Assembly (NCBI RefSeq): GCF_001194135.2
Contig: NC_068991.1
Location: 68,012,344-68,051,464 of the forward strand
Length of the DNA: 39,121 bases
From: Octopus bimaculoides
Lineage: Eukaryota
Direction: 5' to 3'
Part shown: piece after piece, positions 1 through 11,589 of the stretch
Layout: each line of letters opens with the position of its first letter
Position numbering within the stretch: position 1 is the first letter of the stretch
Translations under genes and position numbers: made by a program
Notes under the pieces: generated by a model
The model's input: the letters and a program-made list of their open reading frames with translations, nothing else
Databases searched by the model: none
Told to the model about the DNA's origin: nothing

Positions 1-33
<33 letters not shown>

Positions 34-130
34 ATATAGGCATGTGTATGTATGTATATATATATATGTATATGTATATACAACGCTATTTGCATGCTAT
101 AAGTCTTTTCTGTTGTTGGCTTTACGTCAG

Positions 131-158
131 ATAATGCAGTTGTGTATGTGAATACAAG
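131..158 (+). CDS. Candidate internal coding exon of gene 1 (28 nt, xNAVVYVNT)
   Basis: Acceptor ttttctgttgttggctttacgtcAG, donor AAG|GTGAAA. Its phase-2 end joins exon 1592-1654 in frame. Confidence 0.4.
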
Positions 159-546
159 GTGAAAACTCAATGACAGTGTGTATTGAAAGTATGAAAACAC
201 GTACAAGACCTAATTTAAACATTACGAAACATTGTATATGATATCTGACGAAGAATAATACACAAAGAAATAGCAAAGAGAATAGAATTATATATCTGCC
301 GGTTTGTCTCTATGGCCTTCTGTCTGTCATACGTCTGACTATTTGTACTTATGCACTCATACTCATACACACACTCTCTCCTTCTCCCTCTCTCTCTTTG
401 GCTCTCACCTTCGCCCTCTCTCTCTTTGGCTCTCACCTTCTCCCTTCTGCCACCCCCTCTCTCTCTCTCTCACACACACATACACATGAATTCATATACA
501 TATCTCATTACAGGTGAAAAATATATGATTTATGAACTGACATATG

Positions 547-587
<41 letters not shown>

Positions 588-1307
588 NNNNNNNNNNNNN
601 NNNNNNNNNNNNNNNNNNNNNNNNNNNNNNNNNNNNNNNNNNNNNNNNNNNNNNNNNNNNNNNNNNNNNNNNNNNNNNNNNNNNNNNNNNNNNNNNNNNN
701 NNNNNNNNNNNNNNNNNNNNNNNNNNNNNNNNNNNNNNNNNNNNNNNNNNNNNNNNNNNNNNNNNNNNNNNNNNNNNNNNNNNNNNNNNNNNNNNNNNNN
801 NNNNNNNNNNNNNNNNNNNNNNNNNNNNNNNNNNNNNNNNNNNNNNNNNNNNNNNNNNNNNNNNNNNNNNNNNNNNNNNNNNNNNNNNNNNNNNNNNNNN
901 NNNNNNNNNNNNNNNNNNNNNNNNNNNNNNNNNNNNNNNNNNNNNNNNNNNNNNNNNNNNNNNNNNNNNNNNNNNNNNNNNNNNNNNNNNNNNNNNNNNN
1001 NNNNNNNNNNNNNNNNNNNNNNNNNNNNNNNNNNNNNNNNNNNNNNNNNNNNNNNNNNNNNNNNNNNNNNNNNNNNNNNNNNNNNNNNNNNNNNNNNNNN
1101 NNNNNNNNNNNNNNNNNNNNNNNNNNNNNNNNNNNNNNNNNNNNNNNNNNNNNNNNNNNNNNNNNNNNNNNNNNNNNNNNNNNNNNNNNNNNNNNNNNNN
1201 NNNNNNNNNNNNNNNNNNNNNNNNNNNNNNNNNNNNNNNNNNNNNNNNNNNNNNNNNNNNNNNNNNNNNNNNNNNNNNNNNNNNNNNNNNNNNNNNNNNN
1301 NNNNNNA

Positions 1308-1339
<32 letters not shown>

Positions 1340-1591
1340 CATATGTACATACATACGCACACAAACAGAATACACACACAACACAAGACACACATACACG
1401 CATATACACACGCACACAAACGCTCAGGTGCGTAAATATACAAGCAATTTGCAATTTTGAATTGACATATGCACACAATCACACAAAAGAAACATATACA
1501 TACACAGTAAGTCTGTATACACGCAATAAACATACCTATATATCTCGACACTTGTAGACACAGCTACCATGTATATATACACTTATTCCAG

Positions 1592-1654
1592 TATATTTCC
1601 AAGCGCTGTTCCGCGTATACAGCTTGAGATCAGCGCTGCAGTGTATGGAGTAGG
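1592..1654 (+). CDS. Candidate internal coding exon of gene 1 (63 nt, [20 protein letters not shown])
   Basis: Acceptor cacttattccAG, donor AGG|GTGACG. Phase 2-2, a GC-richer unique island between microsatellites, and in frame with both neighbouring exons. Confidence 0.5.
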
Positions 1655-1794
1655 GTGACGACATTAAGTACAGTTTTCTAGACTGTATGGATATCTGTAG
1701 CAATTTTATGCCAAATTTAACACAGTTGGCAGAAATATAAGTGTTTATAAATACATACATGTATATGTATGTGTGTGTATGTGTGTGTGTGTGT

Positions 1795-1826
<32 letters not shown>

Positions 1827-1949
1827 AAGCGAAGGTAGAAGTTTGTATACATTAATATATGCACATATATGTATATCTGTATATATGCCTATGTGTATGT
1901 ACAGATTTATATATATATACATATATATATATGTATATAAGTATCTGTA

Positions 1950-2038
<89 letters not shown>

Positions 2039-2303
2039 ATACATATGTGTGTATACATATGTGTGTATACATATATGTATACCTATATATGTATACCTAT
2101 ATATACACATATATTTGTATATATATATGTATATGCGTAAATATGTTTTTCTATACATATATACATATACATATATATATGTGTATATATATGTATCTCT
2201 CTCTCTCTCTGTATATATATATATTTATAGAGAGAGAGAAAGAGAGACAGGGAGAAATATGTAAATATATGTATATACGTAGGTATATTTACATATGTAT
2301 ATG

Positions 2304-2345
<42 letters not shown>

Positions 2346-3005
2346 NNNNNNNNNNNNNNNNNNNNNNNNNNNNNNNNNNNNNNNNNNNNNNNNNNNNNNN
2401 NNNNNNNNNNNNNNNNNNNNNNNNNNNNNNNNNNNNNNNNNNNNNNNNNNNNNNNNNNNNNNNNNNNNNNNNNNNNNNNNNNNNNNNNNNNNNNNNNNNN
2501 NNNNNNNNNNNNNNNNNNNNNNNNNNNNNNNNNNNNNNNNNNNNNNNNNNNNNNNNNNNNNNNNNNNNNNNNNNNNNNNNNNNNNNNNNNNNNNNNNNNN
2601 NNNNNNNNNNNNNNNNNNNNNNNNNNNNNNNNNNNNNNNNNNNNNNNNNNNNNNNNNNNNNNNNNNNNNNNNNNNNNNNNNNNNNNNNNNNNNNNNNNNN
2701 NNNNNNNNNNNNNNNNNNNNNNNNNNNNNNNNNNNNNNNNNNNNNNNNNNNNNNNNNNNNNNNNNNNNNNNNNNNNNNNNNNNNNNNNNNNNNNNNNNNN
2801 NNNNNNNNNNNNNNNNNNNNNNNNNNNNNNNNNNNNNNNNNNNNNNNNNNNNNNNNNNNNNNNNNNNNNNNNNNNNNNNNNNNNNNNNNNNNNNNNNNNN
2901 NNNNNNNNNNNNNNNNNNNNNNNNNNNNNNNNNNNNNNNNNNNNNNNNNNNNNNNNNNNNNNNNNNNNNNNNNNNNNNNNNNNNNNNNNNNNNNNNNNNN
3001 NNNNN

Positions 3006-3047
<42 letters not shown>

Positions 3048-3157
3048 TACGTGCGTGTTTGTGAATGTGTGTGTGTGTGTGAGTGTGTGTGTATCCATAT
3101 GTGGATATGCTTTCATAAAAGTTTTCATAGCAGTGGTTTTCTCCAACTACGTGACAC

Positions 3158-3318
3158 CAGCCTAGCTAGGGTGTCACCTAGAGCATGCCTTGAGTTCGCT
3201 ACTTCCCGCCTCCCCTATTCTATACTGGTTTATAGGACAGACCTAAAAGTGCTGCCCCTATGAAAGCATATCCAAGGTACGGAACGTCTCATCTCCACCA
3301 CCCTTAGCTACATCTCTG
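3158..3318. mobile_element. Possible degenerate MITE with short TIRs (Harbinger-like ends)
   Basis: TAGCTAGGGTG (3163-3173) versus CACCCTTAGCTA (3299-3310) are imperfect inverted ends around a GC-richer core. No clear target site duplication. Confidence 0.3.
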
Positions 3319-4012
3319 CTGAATGGCGTTTCGGACAAATTTCTTTTCTCATAAAACGTGTCGCCCCAAATATATAAACAAACGAAACTCTTTGGTATGT
3401 AACCGAAACTGAAAGGTACAACCTTAGTTTCCCTGATTCTACCCGAAGGTCAGATTAAAAGAGCAAGCCTGTGAAATGCTCAATCAAATTGATACTAATT
3501 CAGTGAGCTGGCGATTTCGTTTATCGAACATCTAAATACTCATCCCCAAAACCAAGGAAAGAGCCATTATAAACTGCGTGTGTGAATGTAGTTATTGTAC
3601 ATATGTGTACAAATGCGCGTGTGTGCGCATGCGTGTGTGTATGTGTCCGAAATCTAATGTGCTAACATTAATGTTTGTGCAGACAAGCATACGCAACTTA
3701 GCAGACATATGCATACTTACGTGCCGCTAACGCTTATCACCCACACACACGCACGCCCATACACACACACACACAAAAACACATAACGGAACCCATTAAT
3801 AATTCCACAAAAAACATACTCACACTTAAATTCATTTATACAGAGTAAGAAATGTGTATTATTTAACTATAAGTGAGTTTAACAATGTGGTTTCGTCTAC
3901 TTGTGCGTATGTGTACGCATGTGCGCGTCTATTTCTAGCATGTGTCGCTACTCATTGGTACCCTCATTATAATTATATTCATATAATTATATATGCATAA
4001 ATACATACATAC

Positions 4013-4050
<38 letters not shown>

Positions 4051-4467
4051 AAATAGTAAATGAGTATATGCATATATACGTACAGGTATGTGCATACCTA
4101 CATCCACCTGTATGTATAGGTGCATATCTGGNNNNNNNNNNATGTATAGGTGCATATCTGGGTACAGGACATTGCAAACAAATCGTAGAAAAGAAAATAA
4201 TGATAATCAGAGTACAGAAAACACACAAGCCACATAGAGAACATTTTCCTTCATCAGCTACCCTCGTTTTAACACAGGCGTTTCGAAGAGCATGTATGTA
4301 TGTATGTATGTATGTATGTATGTATGTATGTATGTATATATGTATATGTATGGATCAAAACAGTATCTGAGTGCCCAACTTTCGTTTGTCTGCTCACTCG
4401 TATATATACATATTTGTATGTACACAGCCACACACAAACACACACAGACATACAGAGACCCAGACAG

Positions 4468-4517
<50 letters not shown>

Positions 4518-4974
4518 ATACATATGTATATGTATGCACACATATAATTGTTCAGTTTTTTTACAAACACACGCCTACAAAAACACAGAAACTTAAAAGT
4601 GATTGTGTGTGTGTATGTGTGTTTGTGTTTGTGTTTATGTGTTGTGTGTGTACGTTGTATCCGTTCTCTGTTGTTTCTCTCCTCGTTATGTCTATTGATA
4701 AAACTCTACTCGTCTTTTTTTCCGCTCCTATTTCTGTATTTCGTGATGATTCGCTCTTTTACCAAGACTCGACGATTCTCTTTCCTGTAAATTTCCCCCA
4801 ACCTGAAAAACAGACTAATTAGTGAAACTTTTTCAGAACTGCACCGAGAGAAACGCGACATTGGAACTTAATAACAAGAGACGATTTCTTCCACATTTTA
4901 GTTTCTCAGACGATACTCGTCTCGTTTTAGTAGAACCGAATAAGAAGTAAGCGGTATAAAAAAAAAAACTGAAT

Positions 4975-5262
4975 ATAGGTAGCAAATCCTTTGTGAGTGA
5001 ATTTTATATATGGAAACTGTGTGGAAACCTGTCGAGTATATATATTAAACTACGTGTGTGCGTTTGTGTTTCTCCATCCTTACCACTTGACAACTAGTTT
5101 TCGTTTGTTTACATCGCAGAGACAGCGATTTGGCAAAAGGGACAGATAGGTTAAGAACCGAATTTTAAAATATGTACCGGGGTTGATTTGTGAGACTAGA
5201 CCTCTTCAATGCGGTGCTCCAGCACTGCCGCAGTCTAATGACTGGAACAAGTAAAGAATAAA
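4975..5262 (+). mobile_element. SINE family B, head-truncated copy (body plus 3' tail)
   Basis: Body ttgtgagtgaatttt..ggaaactgtgtggaaacctgtcg matches the copies at 5661, 18168 and 31520. It ends gcggtgctccagcactgccgcagtctaatgactggaacaagtaaagaataaaag. Confidence 0.6.
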
Positions 5263-5660
5263 AGCTTTTATTTATTGATGAAGTTTCTGATATCAGAGTT
5301 CAAAGAGTATTTGCTCAAATAAAAACTGATAATTTATGTGGACCAATCTATAATGACAAACCAGGAAAAGGAAAGGAATAGCGAATGTTTTCAGAACGGG
5401 GGAAAATTCCATTTTCAAATTAAATTGCACTTAAGTTTTGAAAGACGTGTTTAAAACGGAAGTACTGTACTAACAATATTTGAAAATATATAATCCGGAA
5501 GTATGGAAGCCGATAAAAGTTGGAAGAAGTTTAGAACAGGCGGAATTGACCACAAAAAAAAAAAAAAAAATTCGAATACAGTAGACAGATTATTATACAA
5601 GGAAGTGGATTCGACAACAAACTGACACTAAATAGTAGGTGACACTAAATAATAGGTGCA

Positions 5661-5822
5661 GTCGTGGTTGTTTCGTTAAGAAGCTCACTTTGCAACCACG
5701 TGGCTTCGGGTTCAGTCCCACGGAGAGGTACTCTGGGCATGTGTCTTCTAATATAGACCCTGGGATGACTAATGCTTTGAGAGCGGATTTTTATATGAAA
5801 ACTGTATGGAAACCCGTCGAAT

Positions 5823-5906
<84 letters not shown>

Positions 5907-6000
5907 ACATGTGAGCATGTTTGTTTATCTTCGTATCTGGGTTTCCCTACCTCTACCGCTGGACAATCAATGTTAGTTTGATTACGTTCCTGTAACATAG
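5661..6000 (+). mobile_element. tRNA-derived SINE family B (CORE-like body) with internal (AT)n(GT)n array
   Basis: Degenerate head with B-box-like gggttcagtccc, body ctgggcatgtgtcttct, and homology to other in-window copies on both strands. Confidence 0.65.
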
Positions 6001-6007
6001 CAGTTAA

Positions 6008-6128
6008 ATACTCATCTTTGCCAACTGAGTGAACTGGGACTACGTGAAATAGAGTGCTCCAGAACTCAACGCTCCGCGAGGTGTCAAATTCAAGACCAAA
6101 TTCCTTAATCACTTCGCCACACGCCTTC
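6008..6128 (-). mobile_element. Degenerate tRNA-derived SINE (distinct family)
   Basis: Minus strand reads gaaggcgtgTGGCGAAGTGAttaagg (A-box-like) ... cactctatttcacgtagtcccagttcactcagttggcaaagatgagt. Confidence 0.5.
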
Positions 6129-6130
6129 AC

Positions 6131-6211
<81 letters not shown>

Positions 6212-6390
6212 ATGTATGTTTAGTACGTACGTAGGTAACGTCGAAAATTTTCGCAGAGAGTCTGAATTGAAAGAAGAGTGCTCTAGAGTGCTCTATGTAG
6301 ACAATAGAATTGAATGTTATTATTAGTTTAGTCTAACAGCTCAGATAGGGGTACATAAAAAATAGATATGTGTTTGTGTCTGAGTGTATA

Positions 6391-6485
<95 letters not shown>

Positions 6486-7048
6486 ACCATCCCATCATTA
6501 AGCCTAAAGAAACAAATATATAGGTACACACATACACACACTTGTACGCACATTCTGTCACTCACGAACTCATACATACACAGATGCACATACATCTATA
6601 TTTCTACGTGTAATATTAAAGTAATTGAGCTGATACGTGGGAGATGTGAGCAGGGCAAATTTACTGTAGTTAGTTATCTCCCTTCTCCGACTCTCACTCT
6701 CAGTTTAATTCTACTAAAATCCCAAAATTAGTAAGCTGAAGCTACGCTTTGGTTGGTACGTACTTCGATAAACAGCATTTCTTCGTTGCATATCTGAGGC
6801 CTTGGTACCACTATAAACACGATACATCAACACAGTCATTTGAACGAAAGAAGAATACAAAATATAAGTTGGTAAAGAAGCTTACACTAACACTTACTTT
6901 TCACTTCCACTTACTTTTAACTTTCAATACCTCAATATTCTAACTCTTCTCCTTTCTCCTATTCCTACTTCTCCTCTTTCTCATCTTCCTCATCATAATC
7001 ACCGACATCATTATTATCATTATTTTTTCATTTTTTTTTTACTTGCAG

Positions 7049-7199
7049 ACCCAATTTACACATAACCTACCCTAAGACTGTACTTCCTTTAAAACCTATT
7101 CCCGCTTTATCAGAGAAGTTTTTACCCAGGCCTACAGACACAGTTCGCCAACGGGAGATTTCCCCAACTGGATTATTCGATATAACCCGACCCAAATGA
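7049..7199 (+). CDS. Probable terminal coding exon of gene 1 (PNLHITYPKTVLPLKPIPALSEKFLPRPTDTVRQREISPTGLFDITRPK*), protein not recognised
   Basis: Strong acceptor ttttttttttacttgcAG at 7047-7048, 49 open non-repetitive codons (7050-7196), TGA 7197-7199, AATAAA just downstream. Confidence 0.65.
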
Positions 7200-7236
7200 A
7201 GAAACATTTTATATATATACAAATATATAAACACAC

Positions 7237-7242
7237 AATAAA
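7237..7242 (+). promoter_or_regulatory. Candidate polyadenylation signal for gene 1
   Basis: AATAAA lies 38 nt after the stop codon of the terminal exon. The motif is common in AT-rich DNA. Confidence 0.4.
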
Positions 7243-8172
7243 TTAAAGAACAATAATTAACCACATTGAATATCGTACTATATATATATATANNNNNNNN
7301 NNNNNNNNNNNNNNNNNNNNNNNNNNNNNNNNNNNNNNNNNNNNNNNNNNNNNNNNNNNNNNNNNNNNNNNNNNNNNNNNNNNNNNNNNNNNNNNNNNNN
7401 NNNNNNNNNNNNNNNNNNNNNNNNNNNNNNNNNNNNNNNNNNNNNNNNNNNNNNNNNNNNNNNNNNNNNNNNNNNNNNNNNNNNNNNNNNNNNNNNNNNN
7501 NNNNNNNNNNNNNNNNNNNNNNNNNNNNNNNNNNNNNNNNNNNNNNNNNNNNNNNNNNNNNNNNNNNNNNNNNNNNNNNNNNNNNNNNNNNNNNNNNNNN
7601 NNNNNNNNNNNNNNNNNNNNNNNNNNNNNNNNNNNNNNNNNNNNNNNNNNNNNNNNNNNNNNNNNNNNNNNNNNNNNNNNNNNNNNNNNNNNNNNNNNNN
7701 NNNNNNNNNNNNNNNNNNNNNNNNNNNNNNNNNNNNNNNNNNNNNNNNNNNNNNNNNNNNNNNNNNNNNNNNNNNNNNNNNNNNNNNNNNNNNNNNNNNN
7801 NNNNNNNNNNNNNNNNNNNNNNNNNNNNNNNNNNNNNNNNNNNNNNNNNNNNNNNNNNNNNNNNNNNNNNNNNNNNNNNNNNNNNNNNNNNNNNNNNNNN
7901 NNNNNNNNNNNNNNNNNNNNNNNNNNNNNNNNNNNNNNNNNNNNNNNNNNNNNNNNNNNNNNNNNNNNNNNNNNNNNNNNNNNNNNNNNNNNNNNNNNNN
8001 NNNNNNNNNNNNNNNNNNNNNNNNNNNNNNNNNNNNNNNNNNNNNNNNNNNNNNNNNNNNNNNNNNNNNNNNNNNNNNNNNNNNNNNNNNNNNNNNNNNN
8101 NNNNNNNNNNNNNNNNNNNNNNNNNNNNNNNNNNNNNNNNNNNNNNNNNNNNNNNNNNNNNNNNNNNNNNNN

Positions 8173-8214
<42 letters not shown>

Positions 8215-8378
8215 ATTCTTGGATACATTTCAAGTTTGTGCAAAGTTTTAGAGAACGAGGATATTTTTCTTCTAATATTTTATATCGTGTATATATAACA
8301 TGTATGTGGAAAATAGATAAATATTATACAGACAACAACAACAACAATAATAAGAACAGCAAAAATAAGGAAGAAAAA

Positions 8379-8420
8379 CAGCTCTGACGAGAAGACCACT
8401 GAATAGTGGAAACATATAAA
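8379..8420 (+). ncRNA. Decayed hammerhead ribozyme-like relic (probably inactive)
   Basis: cagct-CTGACGA(8384-8390)-gaagac-CACT gaat AGTG-GAAA(8409-8412). Stem III and the 3' strand of stem I do not pair. Confidence 0.3.
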
Positions 8421-8590
8421 CAAATGAATGAATAAATAAATAAATGATCTAAATTCTTCTGTACTCTTTGGTTATGTTTGAAATATGTTGTTTTACTGTG
8501 TCTTGGAAGAAATATGTTGATCTCGTTGAACGTGAGCTCAAAATATATACTTTAATATCTACAATATAAATGGAATGGTAATACGAAAGA

Positions 8591-8630
<40 letters not shown>

Positions 8631-8671
8631 GTCTATCCATCTATCTATTTATCTATTTATCTATCTATCAA

Positions 8672-8782
<111 letters not shown>

Positions 8783-8987
8783 GTATATATTAATATATGT
8801 GTACGTGTGCGTTTGCGTGTTAGAGTGCTGGTAACTATTCACAGGCATGTTGAAAGTTGATGCTTGGCACTTGTCAGTTTGGTAAATGTGTACGAAACTC
8901 TCGACCATTGAGTCACTTTTACATTCTGCTTATTATTATTATTATTATCATCATCATCAACATCATCATCATCATCATCACCATCAT

Positions 8988-9088
8988 TAAGTGAGAGAGC
9001 AGTGCATGCTATCAAAGTGACACTGGGGTAAAATATACGAAGCCCAGTATACCCATCATGACTACCCATCCTATAAGGGTACACCAGG
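8988..9088 (-). mobile_element. 3' fragment of the element at 28190-28734, abutting an (ATC)/(ATT) triplet array
   Basis: Reverse complement matches 28634-28734 closely (ctggtgtacccttat..gtagtcatgatgggtatactgggcttcgtatatt..taccccagtgtcactttgat). Confidence 0.8.
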
Positions 9089-9147
9089 TAGATGCTGAAA
9101 ATTGAAAAACACGATGAGACGAGATTGGCACGGTTGGAGTAACTTTT

Positions 9148-9360
9148 GATGAGCTGGCAGAATCGTTAGCACGCCGGACAAAATGCTTAACGACATTTGT
9201 TCTGGCTTTGCCTTTGTGAGTTCAAATACTGCTCAGGTTGACTTTGTCTTTCATCCTCTCAGGGATCTATAAAATAAGTACTGGCTGAGCATTGGGGTCG
9301 ATGTAATCGTTTCCCCACCCCTCAGTATTACTGGCCTTGTGCTAAAATAAGAAAGGATAT
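9148..9360 (+). mobile_element. tRNA-derived SINE family A (central domain resembling Meta/MESC SINE domain)
   Basis: gagctggcagaatcgttagc head, B-box gagttcaaatac, core gactttgtctttcatcc..ataaaataagtac. At least 10 homologous copies or fragments in the window. Confidence 0.85.
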
Positions 9361-9592
9361 TAACTGGTCTATGGGATATCCGCTGCATTATATATGACCT
9401 AGGGCTAAACAACAGCTACAACAACATTGCAATAATAATCAAATACTCTACCTAATCAGGTCTCCCTATGGATGCTTCTAACTTCACCGCTGGGTAAACT
9501 CCCCCTCCGCTCCATCATCTCTTAAACACCTCCGCACTCTTCCTCTCATCTTGTCACGTGATTTTGTCAAACATGAGCAAATCAAAGCCGAA

Positions 9593-9629
<37 letters not shown>

Positions 9630-9632
<3 letters not shown>

Positions 9633-9734
9633 TAGTTTTATTTTTATAACGTGCTTTCACTTCACTACCGAGCGCAGCTCTGTGTGCCTTGGGTATGTGC
9701 TGTGGTTTGCTGTGATGCTCTTATGGTTACTGTA
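9630..9734 (-). mobile_element. 105-bp insert flanked on both sides by (ATT)n; probable 3' UTR fragment of a (TAA)n-targeting non-LTR element
   Basis: Unique sequence between (ATT)n 9594-9629 and 9735-9791, in the same configuration as the Dong-like insert at 16471. Confidence 0.5.
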
Positions 9735-9791
<57 letters not shown>

Positions 9792-10630
9792 GTCGTTGTT
9801 GTTGTTGTTGTTGTTGTTGTTGTATCTTTCTGCATCTCTCACACACTCGCGTAGAAAACCATGCCGGAAGAGTCCAAGAGGGATTAAGTATTTTGCCTTT
9901 CTCATTGGATTAACCCATTTTATTAAACAAAATACACATACACACAGAGGGAGAGAGAAAGGGAGAGAAAGAGAAACATATACAAGCACACGAACACACA
10001 TATGCATGCGAACTCACACACATTTACACATGCACACTCAGAGCGTCGTACATAGGAGGAACGCTATGTGTATACTCACGGGCATACTTACAAGCTGACG
10101 TCAACACAAACATATAGAAATATAGCGAAGTAACCATCTAATCGATATTCGATGACGTCTTGGCGACTGTAACAGATTGACTGATTTTCATTGTTTACTG
10201 GAAAAAGTATTAAAACACTTGTAAATATAAATTTTTTTTTATATGGGAAAAGAAACTTTGTTGCTTTTGGTGAGTTTCATTGAGAGAGTTAGCGAGGGAG
10301 AGCCTTAGGGAAAGAGGAGAGGGAAAGAGAGAGAGAAGAGAGAGGATAAAGAATAAGAGAGAGATGAAGAAAGAAGGGAAGAAGGGGAGAGTGTGAGTGT
10401 GTGTGTGTAAAAGATGTTGGATTCGTACTATACTTGTCAGTAGCTGTTTCACAATACTCGAACGCTGAACGAGTGAGCATGTACAATTTCGTTATTCTGT
10501 ATCTTGAACAGTTATCGATGACAGCGTTTTCATACCTAGCAAAATCTGGCCCAATCCGACATAGCACTTACCTTTTTTCAGTAATACTACTACTACTACT
10601 ACTAATAATGATAATATTAATTGTTTCAAA

Positions 10631-10860
10631 GGCGGCCAGCTGGCAGAAACGTTAGCGGACCGGGCGAAATGCTTAGCGGTATTTCGTCTGTCGTTACGTT
10701 TTGAGTTCAAATTCCGCCGAGGTCGACTTTGCTTTCATTCTTTCGGGGTCGATTAAATAAGTACCAGTTACGCACTGGGGTCAATATAATCGACTTAATA
10801 CGTTTGTCTGTCCTTGTTTGTCCCCTCTATGTTTAGCCCCTTGTGGGCAGTAAAGAAATA
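10631..10860 (+). mobile_element. Full-length SINE family A (tail type ccccttgtgggcagtaaagaaata)
   Basis: ggcggccagctggcagaaacgttagc head, B-box gagttcaaattcc, intact core; highly similar to 32678-32903. Confidence 0.92.
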
Positions 10861-10886
10861 AGAAACGTTAGCACGTTTAGCGACTT

Positions 10887-11090
10887 TGATTAGCGACTTT
10901 TCACCAGTTTTTGACACCTCACAAATTACTGGTCTTGTCGACTTCGGTGGAATTTGAACTCAGAACGTAAACACAGGCGAAATGCTTAGCAGTATTTCGC
11001 CTGTGTTTACTTTCTGAGTTCAAATTCCGCCGAGGTCCACAAGACCAGTAATTTCTGAGGTGTAAAAAACTCGGGAAAAGTCGTTAATCA
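10887..11090. repeat. 204-bp palindrome of SINE-A-derived sequence (97-bp arms, 10-nt loop)
   Basis: 10888-10983 versus 10994-11089: 87/96 complementary with no indels, plus one outer T-A pair. Loop gcttagcagt at 10984-10993. Confidence 0.95.
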
Positions 11091-11160
11091 TTTTGTTTGA
11101 TACTCTAACGATTCTGTTTGCTCACCATCCATAATGGTGGCTTCTGCTGCAGAGAGAAAG

Positions 11161-11335
11161 CCAATGATTTTGAGTGATGGGGACTAGTCTTCTATCCAAC
11201 CCTAGTACTTAACTAGCACTTTAATGTATCAACACCGAAAAAGATGAAAGGCAATTCTGACTTCAGCGGGATTTGAACTCGGAACGTCGATGCTGGAATA
11301 AATACCGCAAGGCATTTTCTCTGACGCTCTAACTG
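11161..11335 (-). mobile_element. SINE family A, diverged
   Basis: Minus strand gttagagcgtcagagaaaatgccttgcggtattt..gagttcaaatcccgctgaagtc..gcctttcatc. Confidence 0.8.
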
Positions 11336-11359
11336 CTTTTTGTTTCTAGACAAGGTTAA

Positions 11360-11575
11360 GGCGACGAGCTGACAGAATTGTTAGTAAGCCGGGCAAAGTG
11401 CTCAGCGGCGTTTCGTCCATCTTTACGTTCTGAGTTCAAATCCCGCTGAGGTCGACTTTATTTTTCATACTTTCGGTGTCGATAAAATAAATACCAGTTG
11501 AGCATTAGGATCGATGTAATCGACTTACTTCCTCCTGCGAAATTGCTGGCCTTGTGTCAAAATTTCAAACCAATT
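11360..11575 (+). mobile_element. Full-length SINE family A (tail type gaaattgctggccttgtgtcaaaattt)
   Basis: ggcgacgagctgacagaattgttag head, B-box gagttcaaatccc, core gaggtcgacttt..gataaaataaataccag. Confidence 0.9.
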
Positions 11576-11589
11576 TCTTACAATGTCAC

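Noticed and set aside
4112-4161. 20-bp direct repeat atgtataggtgcatatctgg on both sides of a 10-N gap
   Set aside because: Most likely an unmerged contig overlap (assembly artefact).
4200-4295. Minus-strand GAAAC...CTGATGA as a type II hammerhead
   Set aside because: Stems I and II cannot form. It may be a Penelope-like remnant, but I cannot support that from the sequence.
5624-5660. Short local duplications (also ~400-445, 12748-12780, 32139-32160, 38592-38640)
   Set aside because: Two to four copies of 10-23 bp, explained by ordinary slippage.
5645-6130. 161-aa minus-strand ORF
   Set aside because: It reads through two SINEs and an (AT)n(GT)n array.
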